NCBI RefSeq assembly: GCF_030028105.1
Contig: NC_092398.1
Location: 25,559,649-25,623,648, forward strand
Source: Mobula birostris
Lineage: Eukaryota
Direction of reading: 5' to 3'
DNA length: 64,000 bases
Both the position numbers and the translations under genes were made by a program. This document shows, piece by piece, positions 25,794 through 37,500 of the stretch. The stretch's first letter is position 1; each line of letters begins with the position of its first letter. The notes under the pieces were generated by a model. The model worked only from the letters and a program-made list of their open reading frames with translations. It ran no database searches and was not told the origin of the DNA.

Positions 25794-27105
25794 TGTCTCA
25801 ATGGCGGGCCATTGGGAGCAAGGGTGGACCCAAATGCAAGACACATCTTGTGAAGTTACTTAGATTTGGTTTATTGTTCGATACCAGGAGAGCTCGGCAG
25901 GAGCAGGAGTAGCGAACTGGACAAGGACTCGGGACTACGACTAGGCTGGGACCAAGGGTCTGGGCTTGGACTCGGAATCGGCTCCCAGAACTAGGGGAGA
26001 CATGAAGAGGCTAGGGCATGGACATGACATGGGCTAGGGAGAGGAGGAACATGGAAAACAGAGCCTCGGTCTCAGGAGAGCAGGTACATGAAACCATAGA
26101 CACATACACAGATCAGAGAGCCGGAACCCCTCCTTGGGTACAGGACATAGGGCCGAGACTCACACACAGAACAGAGAGCTGGGACCCCGCCTTGGGTACA
26201 GGACATAGGACTGGGACTCTCACACAGAACAGAGAGCCGGGACCCCTCCTTGGGTTCAGGACATAGGGCCGGGACTCATGACACCCCGCGGGGCAACGGC
26301 AAGACGGCCTGACTTATCCCGCGGAGGCGAGGACCAGACACGACAAGACATGACCCCCCGTGGGGCAACGGCAAGATGGCTTGACTCACCCCACGGAGGC
26401 AAGGACAGGACAAGACCAACACGAATGAACACCAGACAGTACCTATCTAGCTCCGGTGATGGAACTGAACCGAAGTGCAGACGGGGGCTGCAGACGAGGG
26501 CTAGAGGCGAGAGGGGCAGAGCACGGATTCAGACAAGGGGGTTGGACAGGAATCACAGACCGCCAGGGCCAGGACTTGACTCAGAACTGCGAAGCCGCCA
26601 GGGCCAGGACTCGACCTGGTGCTTGAATGCCGCCAGGGCCAGGACTCGACCTGGTGCTTGAATGCCGCCAGGGCCCGGAATCGACTTGGAGCCTCCGGGT
26701 AGTGGCGAGCTCTCGACTCGGCCCGGGAACAATAGACAGCGGTTCTTGATTCTCTCCGGTGGGTTAACTGACGGACCCACCTCGGTGAGGAAACTTTGCA
26801 GGCTCGCTTTGGTGAGGTAACTGGACTGGGTTGCTCCAGTGAGGAGAGGCAAATTACCGGCTTATGCTTTGGCAGAGACTAGGCTTGCTCCGGCCAGATG
26901 ACATTGGCACGCCGTACCTTAGATGACTTTGCAGATGCTCCCGCACCGAACGGCTGAAAGCCGGAGACTATAAACTACTGGTTCAGCCGAGTGTTAATTG
27001 CCTCTAATCAACAAAGTCGAGGGGCACGGGACAACAGGGAATCAACGGTCCGGATCGTAAAATAAACAAGCTAAATTTAAAGGGACCCCGATCCAGACCA
27101 TGACA
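25794..27105. mobile_element. Solo LTR (about 1.3 kb) with internal tandem repeats
   Basis: TGTC...GACA termini; 5-bp TSD CTTAT (25789-25793, 27106-27110); internal repeats of about 58 bp and about 35 bp. Confidence 0.85.
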
Positions 27106-29499
27106 CTTATAACCAGGATGGAATCTGGCCTTGAGCCCGGTTGTGCATGCTTTCACGCTTTCAGACTTTTGCCCAATGGAGAGGGGAGAAGAGAGAATGT
27201 CTGGGCTGGGTGGGGTCCTTGGTTATGCTGGCTGTTTTGCTGAAGCAGCAAGCAGTGTATGGAGGAGAAGCCGGTTTCCGTGATGTGCTGAGTTGTGTCC
27301 GCAGCTCTACAGTTTCGTGCAGTCACGTGCAGAGCCGTTACCCCATCAAACCATGATGGCATTCTCTGGTGCCGCTGCATATGAGGGTAGAACGGTCACT
27401 CGAGTCGGGTATGACACTCTCCAAAGGGGTTATTCCCTTAATGGAGAACAGCTATGCGTGGCATTGTTCGACGTGGAGATGCTGATGCGCAGTCATTGAC
27501 AGATTCAGGACAGGGTCTAGTGGCATGGAGTGCAAGGCGACTGGAGACCCGTCACTGCTACAGCCGTCCCCGGCCCTCACTGTCATTGTGATGTGTCATT
27601 ATCTTCCACCAGCCCTACAACTGAGGTCTTAGTTGCATCGCTCTTTGTCTGGAACTTCTCCGTTAACCTTACCACCGTGCGTGACCCTACCAGGGCCTAA
27701 GCTCCAGGCGGCATCACTCTCAGGAACTCACGAGCCTCCCCACCATGATAAGGTGATGACCCTCTGAGAGGGTCAAAAGGGATATGCTAGATTTCTTTAG
27801 CCTCTTGAGGAAACAGAGGCATTGGTGAGTGCTCTTGGCCTTGGCGTTTAGGTGGTTGGACAAGGATAGAACATTAGTGATGTTCACACCTAAGAACATG
27901 AAGCTCTTAACCCTCTGAGCCTCAGTACCAATGATGTACACAAGAACATGTGCCCCACCCTCTTTCCTAATGTTACTGACAAAGCCTTTTGTTCTGCTGA
28001 CAGTCAGGGAGAGGCTGTCGTCACGACTCCATGCCACTAGGCTCTCTTGTATCTTCCTCTCCTCCTCCTCATTGCTTTCTGAGGTTCATCCCACTACAAT
28101 GGTGTCTTCCTCAAACCTGTAAATGGGGTAGCACAGACTGTGGCCGCACAGTTGTGAGTGTACAAGAAACAGAGAAGGAGGCTGAGGCCACAGCCTAGTG
28201 AGATTCCAGAGAAGGTAGTCACCTCATCCCTGGTTTCTTACACCACCCAGTCCATTGTCGGCAGCTCTTAAGAATTATCACCTGTAATATCTGCACCTCT
28301 CTGCTCCTCTAAGTAGCTTAGTTACCTCTTCCTTCAAACATCTGTTGACCTTTGCAACTTTTGCCATTGGCATCTCAACGTCACATTTCAAAGGTGCATT
28401 GAATGTCAGAGGAATATATACAATATACACCCTGAAACTCCCTTTCTTCACAAACATCCATGAAAACAGAGGAGTTCCCCAAAGAATAAATGACAGTTAA
28501 ATATTAGAACCCCAAAGCCTACCCCCAGCTCACCCCTCTCACGCATAAGCAGCTGCAAGGCAACAACCCCCCTCTCCCCCACCAGTAAAAAAGCATCAGC
28601 ACCCCCCACGAAGAACTCAAGCGTGCAGCAAAGCATCAATAAAGACAGAGACTTGCAGTACCCCAAAGACTACTCGTTCACCTGGTATTCAACATACCAT
28701 GGGCTCTTTCTCTCTCTCTCTCTCTCTCTCCCTAATAAGGGAAAAAAGATGTCCCCATTTCACAGTGAGAGGGGAGGTATAATAAACAACAGTCTTAAAA
28801 TTCTGCTGCGTTGCTTTTTCTGAGCTCTGTGTCCTTTCGTCTCCCACAACACACCAGGCACTGGCACCAACCTCGAGTCCGCCTGCCTCCAGAGCCACCG
28901 GAATCCGGCACACGAAAGGTGCGCGAGTCTTCCAGGCCGCGTCCATGGCATATCAAAAAGCAGCCAGTCCTGAGACCCCAAGAGCGGGTCCCAATCCCGC
29001 AAAGAACCGAAGTTAGCGTGTCACTCCAGGTCAGGATCTTCAAAAGAACCCCGAAAAGGGAAAAAAGAAAGAAATAGAGCTGTTTCCAAAGATGCAAGCA
29101 AAGGAATCGCCATTAGGTGCCATCGGCCTCCTGAGCATTTGATGACACATTTAATTGACACGGAATCTCTTCAAAGATGCTACATAAATGTAAGACACAC
29201 AAACTGCCGGAGGAACCCATCAGGTCAGGCAATGTCTAGAGAGGGAAATGGACAATCAATGTCTCACACCGAGAACCTTCATCAGGACTGGAAAGGAAGG
29301 TGGGGGGGGGGTGGGGAGAAGCCAGAATAAGAAGGTGGGAGGTGGGGAAGGTGTACATGCTTGCAGGTGATAGGTGAGGTCAGGAGAGGGGGAAGGTGGG
29401 TGGGATGGGTTGAGGTATTGGGATAAGAAGCTGGAAGGTGATTGGTGGAAGAGGTTAAGGCTGAAGAAGAAGGAATCTGATAGGAATGGAAAATGGAGC

Positions 29500-30480
29500 A
29501 AACTCACACCTTCCCCTTCATCTGGCATATCCCCATCCACTACCCACCTGTCTACCATCCAAACACCTGCTATCCCCTCTTACCTGGTAGCCCCCCTCCA
29601 CACACACATCACACACACACACAAACACAGTTCCTCTCATCTGGTATACTCCCTCCCCCTATCACCCACCTTATTGCTCAACTGGTATCCCATCCACCCA
29701 CCTTCCCCCTCACCTGCTTTCCCCTCATTCCACCTCCCCCTCGCCTGGTATTACACCCGCCCACCTCCCTTCTCACCTGGAATCCCACCCTCAGCTGGTG
29801 TCCCACCCACACACCTACCTCCTGCTCACCTGGTATCCCACCCACACACCTACCTCCCCCTCACTTGGTATCCCACCCACACACCTACCTCCCCCTCCCC
29901 TGGTATCCCACCCATACATCTACCTCCCCCTCACCTGGTGTCCCACCTACCTCCCCCCTCACCTGGTGTACCACCCACAAACATACCTCCTCCACACCTG
30001 GTGTCCCACCTACCTTCCCCCTCACCTGCTTTCCCCCCATTCCACCTCCCCCTCGCCTGGTATTACACCCACCCACCTCCCTTCTCACCTGGAATCCCAC
30101 CCACCCAACCACCTCCCTTCTCACCTGGCATCCCACCCACCCTCCTCCCCTCAGCTGGTATCCCACCCACACACCTACCTCCCACCTCACCTGTTATCCC
30201 ACCCACACACCTACCTCCCACCTCACCTGTTATCCCACCCACCAACCTACCTCCCCCTCACCTGGTGCCCCACCCACACACCTACCTCCCCCTCACCTGG
30301 TATCTCACCCACACACCTACCTCCCCCTCACTTGGTGTCTCACCCACACACTTACCACCCCTCACCTGGTGTCCCACCCACACACCTACCTCCCCCCTCA
30401 CCTGGTGTCCCACCCACACACCTACCACCCCCTCACCTGTTATTACCCGACCCCATCCACGCTCCTCTCAGCCGGTATCC
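29500..30480. repeat. C-rich minisatellite (about 30-35 bp unit, cccctcacctggtatcccacccacacacctacct)
   Basis: Many degenerate tandem copies visible. Source of the spurious Pro-rich ORFs. Confidence 0.9.
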
Positions 30481-30529
30481 CAATCACCTTTCGTCGTGTG
30501 TTGTTGAGTCTCATTGACAATAAAGCGCC

Positions 30530-30900
30530 AAGTTGAAACAAAAGGGGTTCCCTCCCGCCTCGCCCCGCCTGTCTGTGGCAGCGGCCGCCCGCTCAGCCGG
30601 GGAAACTTCTACATCGATCGCCTCCCGTTACGGGACCTGCCGGCTGGCGATCGGTTTCGCGCGTAGCCGCTGTGTGACAAGGTCCTCAGCCTTCGGCGGA
30701 AGGGATGTGGGGAACGTTGCCGTCTCCGCGAACCGTGAGCCAGCTGCTCCTCCCGCTGTCTCAGGAGCCGCCGGCCGGCGTGAGGCGACGCCGCTCTCCC
30801 TCTCTGCTCGCCGCCTTCCTCCTCCTCCTCCTCAACGGCTCCACTGCCCTGGGTGAGGAGCGCAGCGCCCCAGGGATGGGAGGCGCCGGGGGAGGGGGCA
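30530..30900. promoter_or_regulatory. CpG island promoter of gene B
   Basis: The most conspicuous CpG-dense segment of the window. GC boxes (ccccgcct, ctcccgcct) and a kB-like GGGGTTCCCT near 30544, directly upstream of the leader ATG. Confidence 0.75.
30705..30852 (+). CDS. Gene B exon 1: leader/signal peptide of an MHC class II-architecture (W-category beta-like) gene
   Basis: ATG at 30705 inside a CpG island. Encodes MWGTLPSPRTVSQLLLPLSQEPPAGVRRRRSPSLLAAFLLLLLNGSTAL (basic n-region, hydrophobic core LLAAFLLLLL, small-residue c-region). Phase-1 donor G|GTGAGG at 30853, in frame with the exon at 32031. Confidence 0.8.
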
Positions 30901-31800
30901 CCGATGGAGCGTAGGGAGGTAGAGGGGGGTGGGGACACTGAGGGAGGGTGGGCAAGAGAGGGAAGAGGGCAACTAGGGAGGGAGGGTAAAGGTCAGGAGG
31001 GAAAGGGAGACCTCGCTGAAGGAAGGTGGAGAGAGTAGCACCAAGGGAGGGTGGGGAGGGGAACTGAGGGAGGGTTAAGAGGGGAGGGGAGCGGAGGGAA
31101 ATGGGCACCGATGGAGGGTGGGGAGGAGAGGGGAGTGACATTGAGGCAGGGTGGGGAGTGAGCACCAAAGGAGGGTGCAGAGCTGGGGGGAAGGGTGCCA
31201 ATGGAGGATGGAGAGGGGTGCAAAGGGAGGGTGGGGAGGAGGGGGTGCCAATGGAGGGTAGTGAAGTGGGCACCATGGGAGGGGAAGGGGTTCCAAAGGA
31301 GAGGAGAGAGGGCAGCGAATGGGCATGGGAAGGGAAGGACGGACTGAGAGAGAGCAGGGAGGGAGGGAGTGGAGGTGGATTGAGTATCGTTGAGGGGATG
31401 CAGAAGGGGAGGGGTCATTGGGGATGGTTGTGTGGGAAAGGAATTAGGGTGCCAAAGGTGTGAGGGGAGGGAGAGGGGTTCTAAGGGTGGGATGGAAGGC
31501 TGAGGAGTGGAGTTGTGGGAGTGCAGAGAGTGGGGAGGATAGAGGGCATGGAGATTGGGAGGGGAGAGGGCCATGGGTGAGTGGGTGGGGAGGGTCTGCC
31601 AAGGATGTTTGGGGAGGGAGGGAAGTAGTCACTGAGGGTGGGTAGGGAGAGAGGGGGTGGGTGGAGAGTTGGGTGTGGACGGTGAGGAGAGATGTCTGTG
31701 GGGAGAAGTGTTGAAGGAAGGGCACTTCGATGGCGAGGAGGGGTTTGGGCGAAGAGGCGGGTGGGGACGTGGGCATCGAACTGAGGAACAGGTGGGTGCA
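30860..31800. repeat. G-rich purine low-complexity tract in intron 1 of gene B
   Basis: Dense GGG/GGAGGG runs on the + strand with no domain-like coding signal. Confidence 0.85.
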
Positions 31801-32030
31801 GAGAGTGAGGGTGAAAGGTCAGCAGCACCACCACCAAATCCTAACTATTGGAGTTTTACGGTGGGAGGGAGAGGTGGCTCTGGAGGAGTGGCACCTTTTT
31901 GCTGTCAGAATGGTGTGGTATCCACAGAAGGGAGAGATAAATTCTTTCAGGTTGATTAATTTTAAGGTTTTAAAATGAGCCATTTCACTCTCACAAATGG
32001 TTAATGGATCGATTATTATTTGCTTGCCAG

Positions 32031-32288
32031 GAATGCACATCGGTCAAGTGACTTTCTCTGGTAAAGGTTCGGAGTTCTCAATGGCTACCCTGCAGTTTGC
32101 TTACAATAGCGAAGTAGCTGTTCGCTTTGATTATGCTACAGGAAAGATTGTGGCCATCAATCCACTTGTGAAGTCTTTCGTGGACGATCTGAACTGCAAT
32201 CGAAAGGTTATCAGAAATGTTGCCCGCTATGTTAATGACATGCCTGTTGCCATGGAGATTGTTCACCAGGCTGTTCAAGCTCTGACGG
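32031..32288 (+). CDS. Gene B exon 2: MHC membrane-distal (beta1/alpha2-like) domain
   Basis: Acceptor ttatttgcttgccag|, 258 bp, phase 1-1, donor G|GTAAGT. Encodes GMHIGQVTFSGKGSEFSMATLQFAYNSEVAVRFDYATGKIVAINPLVKSFVDDLNCNRKVIRNVARYVNDMPVAMEIVHQAVQALT. The FAYNxxxxVRFD strand pattern followed by a helical region matches the MHC groove-domain layout. Confidence 0.85.
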
Positions 32289-32399
32289 GTAAGTTTATTT
32301 TCACAAAAAAAAAAATCTGCAGATGCTGGAAATCCAAGCAGCACCCACAAAGTGCTGGAGGAGCTCAGCAGGCCAGGCAGCATCTATGAAAAAGAGTAC

Positions 32400-32435
32400 A
32401 GTCAACGTTTCGGGCTGAGACCCTTCATCAGGACT
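32400..32435 (-). ncRNA. Minimal type I hammerhead ribozyme in a Penelope-derived repeat (about 32310-32750)
   Basis: Minus strand reads AGTC-CTGATGA-A-GGGTCTCAGCCC-GAA-ACGT-T-GACT: catalytic core, stem I AGTC/GACT, stem II and palindromic ACGT stem III. Confidence 0.7.
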
Positions 32436-35400
32436 GGAGAAACAAGTTGAGGAGTCAGAGTTAGGAGGTGGAGAGGGGTGAAGTAAGGAGCTGGGGAGTT
32501 GATTGGGAAAAGAGGTGCAGGGCTGGAGGAGGACGAATCTGATAGGAGAGGACAGAAGGGCATGGAAGAAAGAAAGGGGGGAGGTGATGTGCAGGTAAGG
32601 TGAGAGAGTGAAAAGGGAATGGGGAATGATGAAATGGGGGGGGGTGTTATTACTGGAAGTATGAGAAATCGATGTTCATGCAATTAGGTTGGAGGCTACC
32701 CAGGCGGAATATGAGATGTTACTCCTCCAACCTGAGTGTGGCCTCATCCTGACAGAAGAGGAGGCCATGGCATGGGAATGGGAAGTGGAATTAAAGTTTT
32801 GTTTTCAAAGCGATGTTCAAGCAGGCTGTGTGGCATAGGCTGACAGAGAGGGCAAAACAAGGGAACACACGCACCAGTCCTCAAAGAGGAATCAGAAGCG
32901 GAGGGAGTGAGCAATTTCAAGTTATTAGGCGACAATATCTCTGAGGATCTATCCTGGGCCCTACATGTCCAGGCAGTTATAAAAAGGCACAACAGTGGCT
33001 ATATTTTATTACGAGTTTGAGGAGATTTGGTATGTCAAATTTCTACAGATATACCATGGAGAGGTACAACTGGCTGCCCATGTGGGGAGGGGGTGTAGAT
33101 ACTGCAAAGGGTTGAAAGAAGCTGCAGAAAGTTGTGAACTCAGTTAGTTCCATCATGCGTACGATCCTCCTTAGCATTCAGGAAACTTCAAGGAGTGATG
33201 CCTCAAAAAGGCAACATCCATTATTGAGGACCCTCACCACCCAGGACATGCCCTCTTCTCAGTGCTCCCTTCAGGGAGGAGGTCCAGGAGCCTGAAGGCA
33301 CACACCAAAGGATTCAGGAAAAGCTTCTTCCCTTCTGCCATCAGCTTTATGAACAGTCCATGAAAAACCCATGAACATAACCTCACTATTTTTGCTCTCT
33401 ATCTGAACTATTTATTTCATTTAAATATGTTTATAATTGTAATTTATTCCTTTTATGTATCACACCATATTGCTGGCAGAAGACAGCAAACTTGTCAGCA
33501 AGAAGACCTGATACTCAGTGACCACTTTATTAGGTTTTTCCTGTGGCTAATAAAGTGGCCACTGAGTGTATGTTCGTGGTCTTCTGTTGCTGTAGCCCAC
33601 TGTTTCCCAACTTCTTTTAGCCCCATGCCTCCCTAAAGCACTTTCATACTAGCCAATACTCCTGTTAGGCACAATGTACTTTCTGGCACCCCCATGGTGT
33701 AAAAACATGTCTACCATATGCTAACATGAGAAAACTGATTCTGATTTAAATTGTTATTTGTCTTTAAACCTAGCTTACACAGTACCTACACACTATACAG
33801 CAGCTTTGACATGAATGTGATCCTTAAGCTTGAAGGTTTTTTAGCAAGAATTGAAATATCTGGTTCAAGTTGTGACAGCAAAAGCCTTAAGTCAAGGCTT
33901 TAGAATCACACCTGACAATATCCAAGCGGTTTCTGTTTTTTTGTGAGTTTGTGGCTCATTGCACTTTCAATAAGGTAGGAGGATAGAAATGCAATGAAGA
34001 ACAGTTTGGCTCTTCTTCAAAGACCAGGAAACTTCATATGACCCTCTAGCCACATACCACAGAAGTCGACATCTTTTAATTTTTTTTATTTTTTATTTTT
34101 ATTGAAGGAAGGACACAATACAGAATACATGGATTACATTTTCCTCCATTTTGCTTTTATATCTTACCCCTAAACAAACCTCCCCTCGCCTGCCCTCCCC
34201 GAACATACCATGGCAGCTGTATTTATAATATTATTTATTGTATTTACAATACAACAATTCACAAATACAAGTACAGACATTGCACAGCCATACCCCCACA
34301 CTACTTCAAGACGAAGGCCCACATACATCCACAACACGTCAGATGATCCAAAATACACTCATATTACAGCTCAACAACCATCCATAAACCATATGCGTGT
34401 TAAAAGGGAGGCAACTTCCCAAGTACAATCAAATGCCCTCAGCTCGTAGGTAATTCCTTAAGACCTCCAAAATATGACAAGAAAGGTCCCCATTTTGAAT
34501 AGAATTTTTTCACAAACCCTCTCAAAGTGAATTTAATCTTTTCTAATTTTAGAAAAAACATTACGTCCTCTAACCAAGCAGCAGCAGATGGGGGAGTGGC
34601 AGATTTCCAGACCAGCAAGATTCTCCTACAGGCCAATAGTGATGTAAATGCAATGATATCCGACTGGCTTGCATTTAAACCCAAAACATCATCTGCCACA
34701 CCAAATACAGCTATAAGCGGGCAAGGTCTCGGTGTCACCCCCAAAACCTCACTGATAATTTTAAAAACCAGTGCCCGATAGCCATCAAGCCGAGAACAAG
34801 ACCAAAATGTATGCACTAAACCAGCCGGAGAGAACACTTGTCACAGCCAGCGTCTGTCCCGGGATATATGTCAGCAAGGCTGGCTTTACATAAATGTACC
34901 CTGTGTAAAACTTTAAATTGTATGAGCCCCAGTCTAGCACATGATGATGAGGAATGAACCTTATTCAATGCTTTTGTCCAATATTCCTCAACCAGATCCA
35001 TTCCAAGGTCATTCTCCCACCTAGTTTTAGTTTTGTTTAGATCTTGAACTCCCAAAGACATCAGCTGAGAGTATAGTACAGAGATCAGCCCTTTATTATT
35101 AAAGCTAAGAGTGCGTTTTTCCCACAATATAGCAGGGGGTAGATCAGAAAAAGAGGGAAATTTTTCCTTGACAAAGTGGCGAATCTGCAGGTATTTAAAA
35201 AAATGATTATGCAGAAGGCCATATTTACTGCACAGGTTATCAAAACTATCAAATATGTCATCAGTGCAAATTCTTAATGCGCATAAGACCGTTCAAATCC
35301 CATTGTCTCAAAAGTGAATCGAGTGTGGAGGAAAGAAATAGATGGTTTCTATGAATGGGACCCAAAACTGAAGCTGATGTGAACTTACAGTGGAGCGAAA

Positions 35401-37500
35401 TTGATTAAAAATTTTGAGGGTGGAGAGCACGACCGAGTTAGATGTGAATTGAGAGGATTTCAATGGTAAGGAAGAATACACTAAAGCTGAGAGAGACGAG
35501 GAGTGGCAAGACCATGTCCCAAGCGGGCACCAGTTTATATCTGGCCGGTGGAGCCAAAATAATACTTTTTGAATGTTCGATGCCCAGTAATAATGAATAA
35601 AGCTAGGAAGACCCATTCCACCTACGTCACGACCTCTTTGGAGAGTGTGCTCATTAACCCTTGAGACCTTATTTTCCCAAATAAAGGAAGTTATAGCTTG
35701 GTCGACTGATTTGAAAAATAACTTAGATAAGAAAACTGGCAAGCACTGGAACAAATAAAGAAATCTGGGAAGTTTAGACATTTTCACTGATTGAATTCTC
35801 CCAGCTATAGTAAGAGGTAAACTGCACCATCTCTCAAAATCAGCCTTTACTTGGCTAACCTGAGGCCTGTAGTTAGCTTCAGAGATGTAAAAGAGCAAGT
35901 AACATGTATTCCTAGGTATACAAAACCATCTTGAGATACAGGAAAAGGCAAAGATTCCTGTCGGATCTGTAGGGCCAAGTTATTAATGGGAAATCATTTG
36001 CTTTTTTGAAGGTTCAGTTTATAGCCAGAGAAGGCTCCAAATTGACCTAATAATGACGCAATAGCAGGACTGCTACCTGCAGGGTCGCTACCGTAAAGTA
36101 AGAGGTCATCAGCATATAGGGATACACGGTGTTCCACCAAGCTACCAATATTCTGCCAAATCCAAATTTCTCCAAAACACTAAACAAGTATACCCACTCC
36201 ACTCTATCAAACGCCTTCTCCACGTCCAAGGAAATAACAACCTCCGGACTCGGAGAATCACTGGGTGAATAAACCACGTCAGCCAGTTGACGGATATTAA
36301 AAAAAGAATGGCAATTTTTAATAAAACCTGTTTGATCATCTGAGATTATCTTGGGAAGGGGGCGTTCTAAACGGCACGCAAGCACTTCACCAAAATTTTC
36401 ACGTCCACATTCAAAAGTGAGATGGGGCGATATGATCCACATTGAGTCGGGTCCTTGTCCTTTTTAAGAAGTAGTGAAATAGCTGCCTGTGAAAGAGTAG
36501 GGGGTAAGGGACCATTCTCCAAAGATTCCTGAAACACTTCTAGAAGGACCGGTATGAGCTTATCCTTAAATTTCTTATAAAATTCTATCAGATCACCATC
36601 AGGACCTGGGGACTTACCACTCTGCATAGCCATAATGGCATTATTAATCTCTTCCTGCCCCAAGAGCCCGATCTAAATTCTCCACTTCCTCTGGTTCAAG
36701 AGTTGGTATTTCCAAATTATCTAAAAAACGTTCCATATTTGTTATATCTGATGGAAACTCTGAGGTATACAGAGAGGAATACAAAGTTGCAAAGATGTTA
36801 TTAATCTCTTTTGGATTGCTTGTCAAGCTTTGGTGCGTGTCTCTTATCTGGGGAATAAGTCGTGATGCAGCTTGATGCTTCAACTGATGAGCCATAAGCC
36901 GGCTCGCCTTGTCACCATATTCATAATAGAGGCCACGTGTCCTAAGAATTAATTGTTCTGATAGGTTTGTAGAGAGAAGATTAAACTTCACTTGCAAATC
37001 AGCCCAGCTTTTATATAATTCTGCAGTGGGTGCCTCAGAATATTGCCTATCCAGGTCCAAAATAGATTGCGATAACACTTGCATTTCCTTCCTATGCTCT
37101 TTATTGGCATGTGAAGTATAAGATATTATTTGATCCCTCAAGTAAGCTTTTAAAGTTCCCCAAAGTAAAGAGTACGATACCGACTCAGTTTTGTTGGTCT
37201 CGAAGAATGTGTCAATTTTAGCCGATATACAACTACAAAATTTCTCATTGGAAAGTAAAAGGGGGCTAAGTCTCCGCAGAGGCCGTTCTCTAATGTTTAA
37301 AGGAAAACATAGGTCCAATTTCACGGGCGAGTGATTGGATATAACTATAGCAGTGTACTCAATTTGTCTAATCATTGGTATCAAGGAGCTATCTATAAAG
37401 AAATAGTCTAGCCTGGAATAGGAGTGGTGAACATGAGAAAAGAAAGAGAATTGCCTAACTGATGGATTCAAAAATCTCCAAGATTCCATATAACCATTTT

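Noticed and set aside
26018-26852. ORFs and tandem units inside the solo LTR as a gene or CRISPR-like array
   Set aside because: The units are directly adjacent with no unique spacers, lie within a TSD-bounded LTR, and the context is eukaryotic.
29374-31959. Long Pro-rich or Gly-rich ORFs (up to 377 aa) resembling extensins or mucins
   Set aside because: They are open in several frames because of the stop-poor minisatellite and low-complexity sequence; no domain signal.
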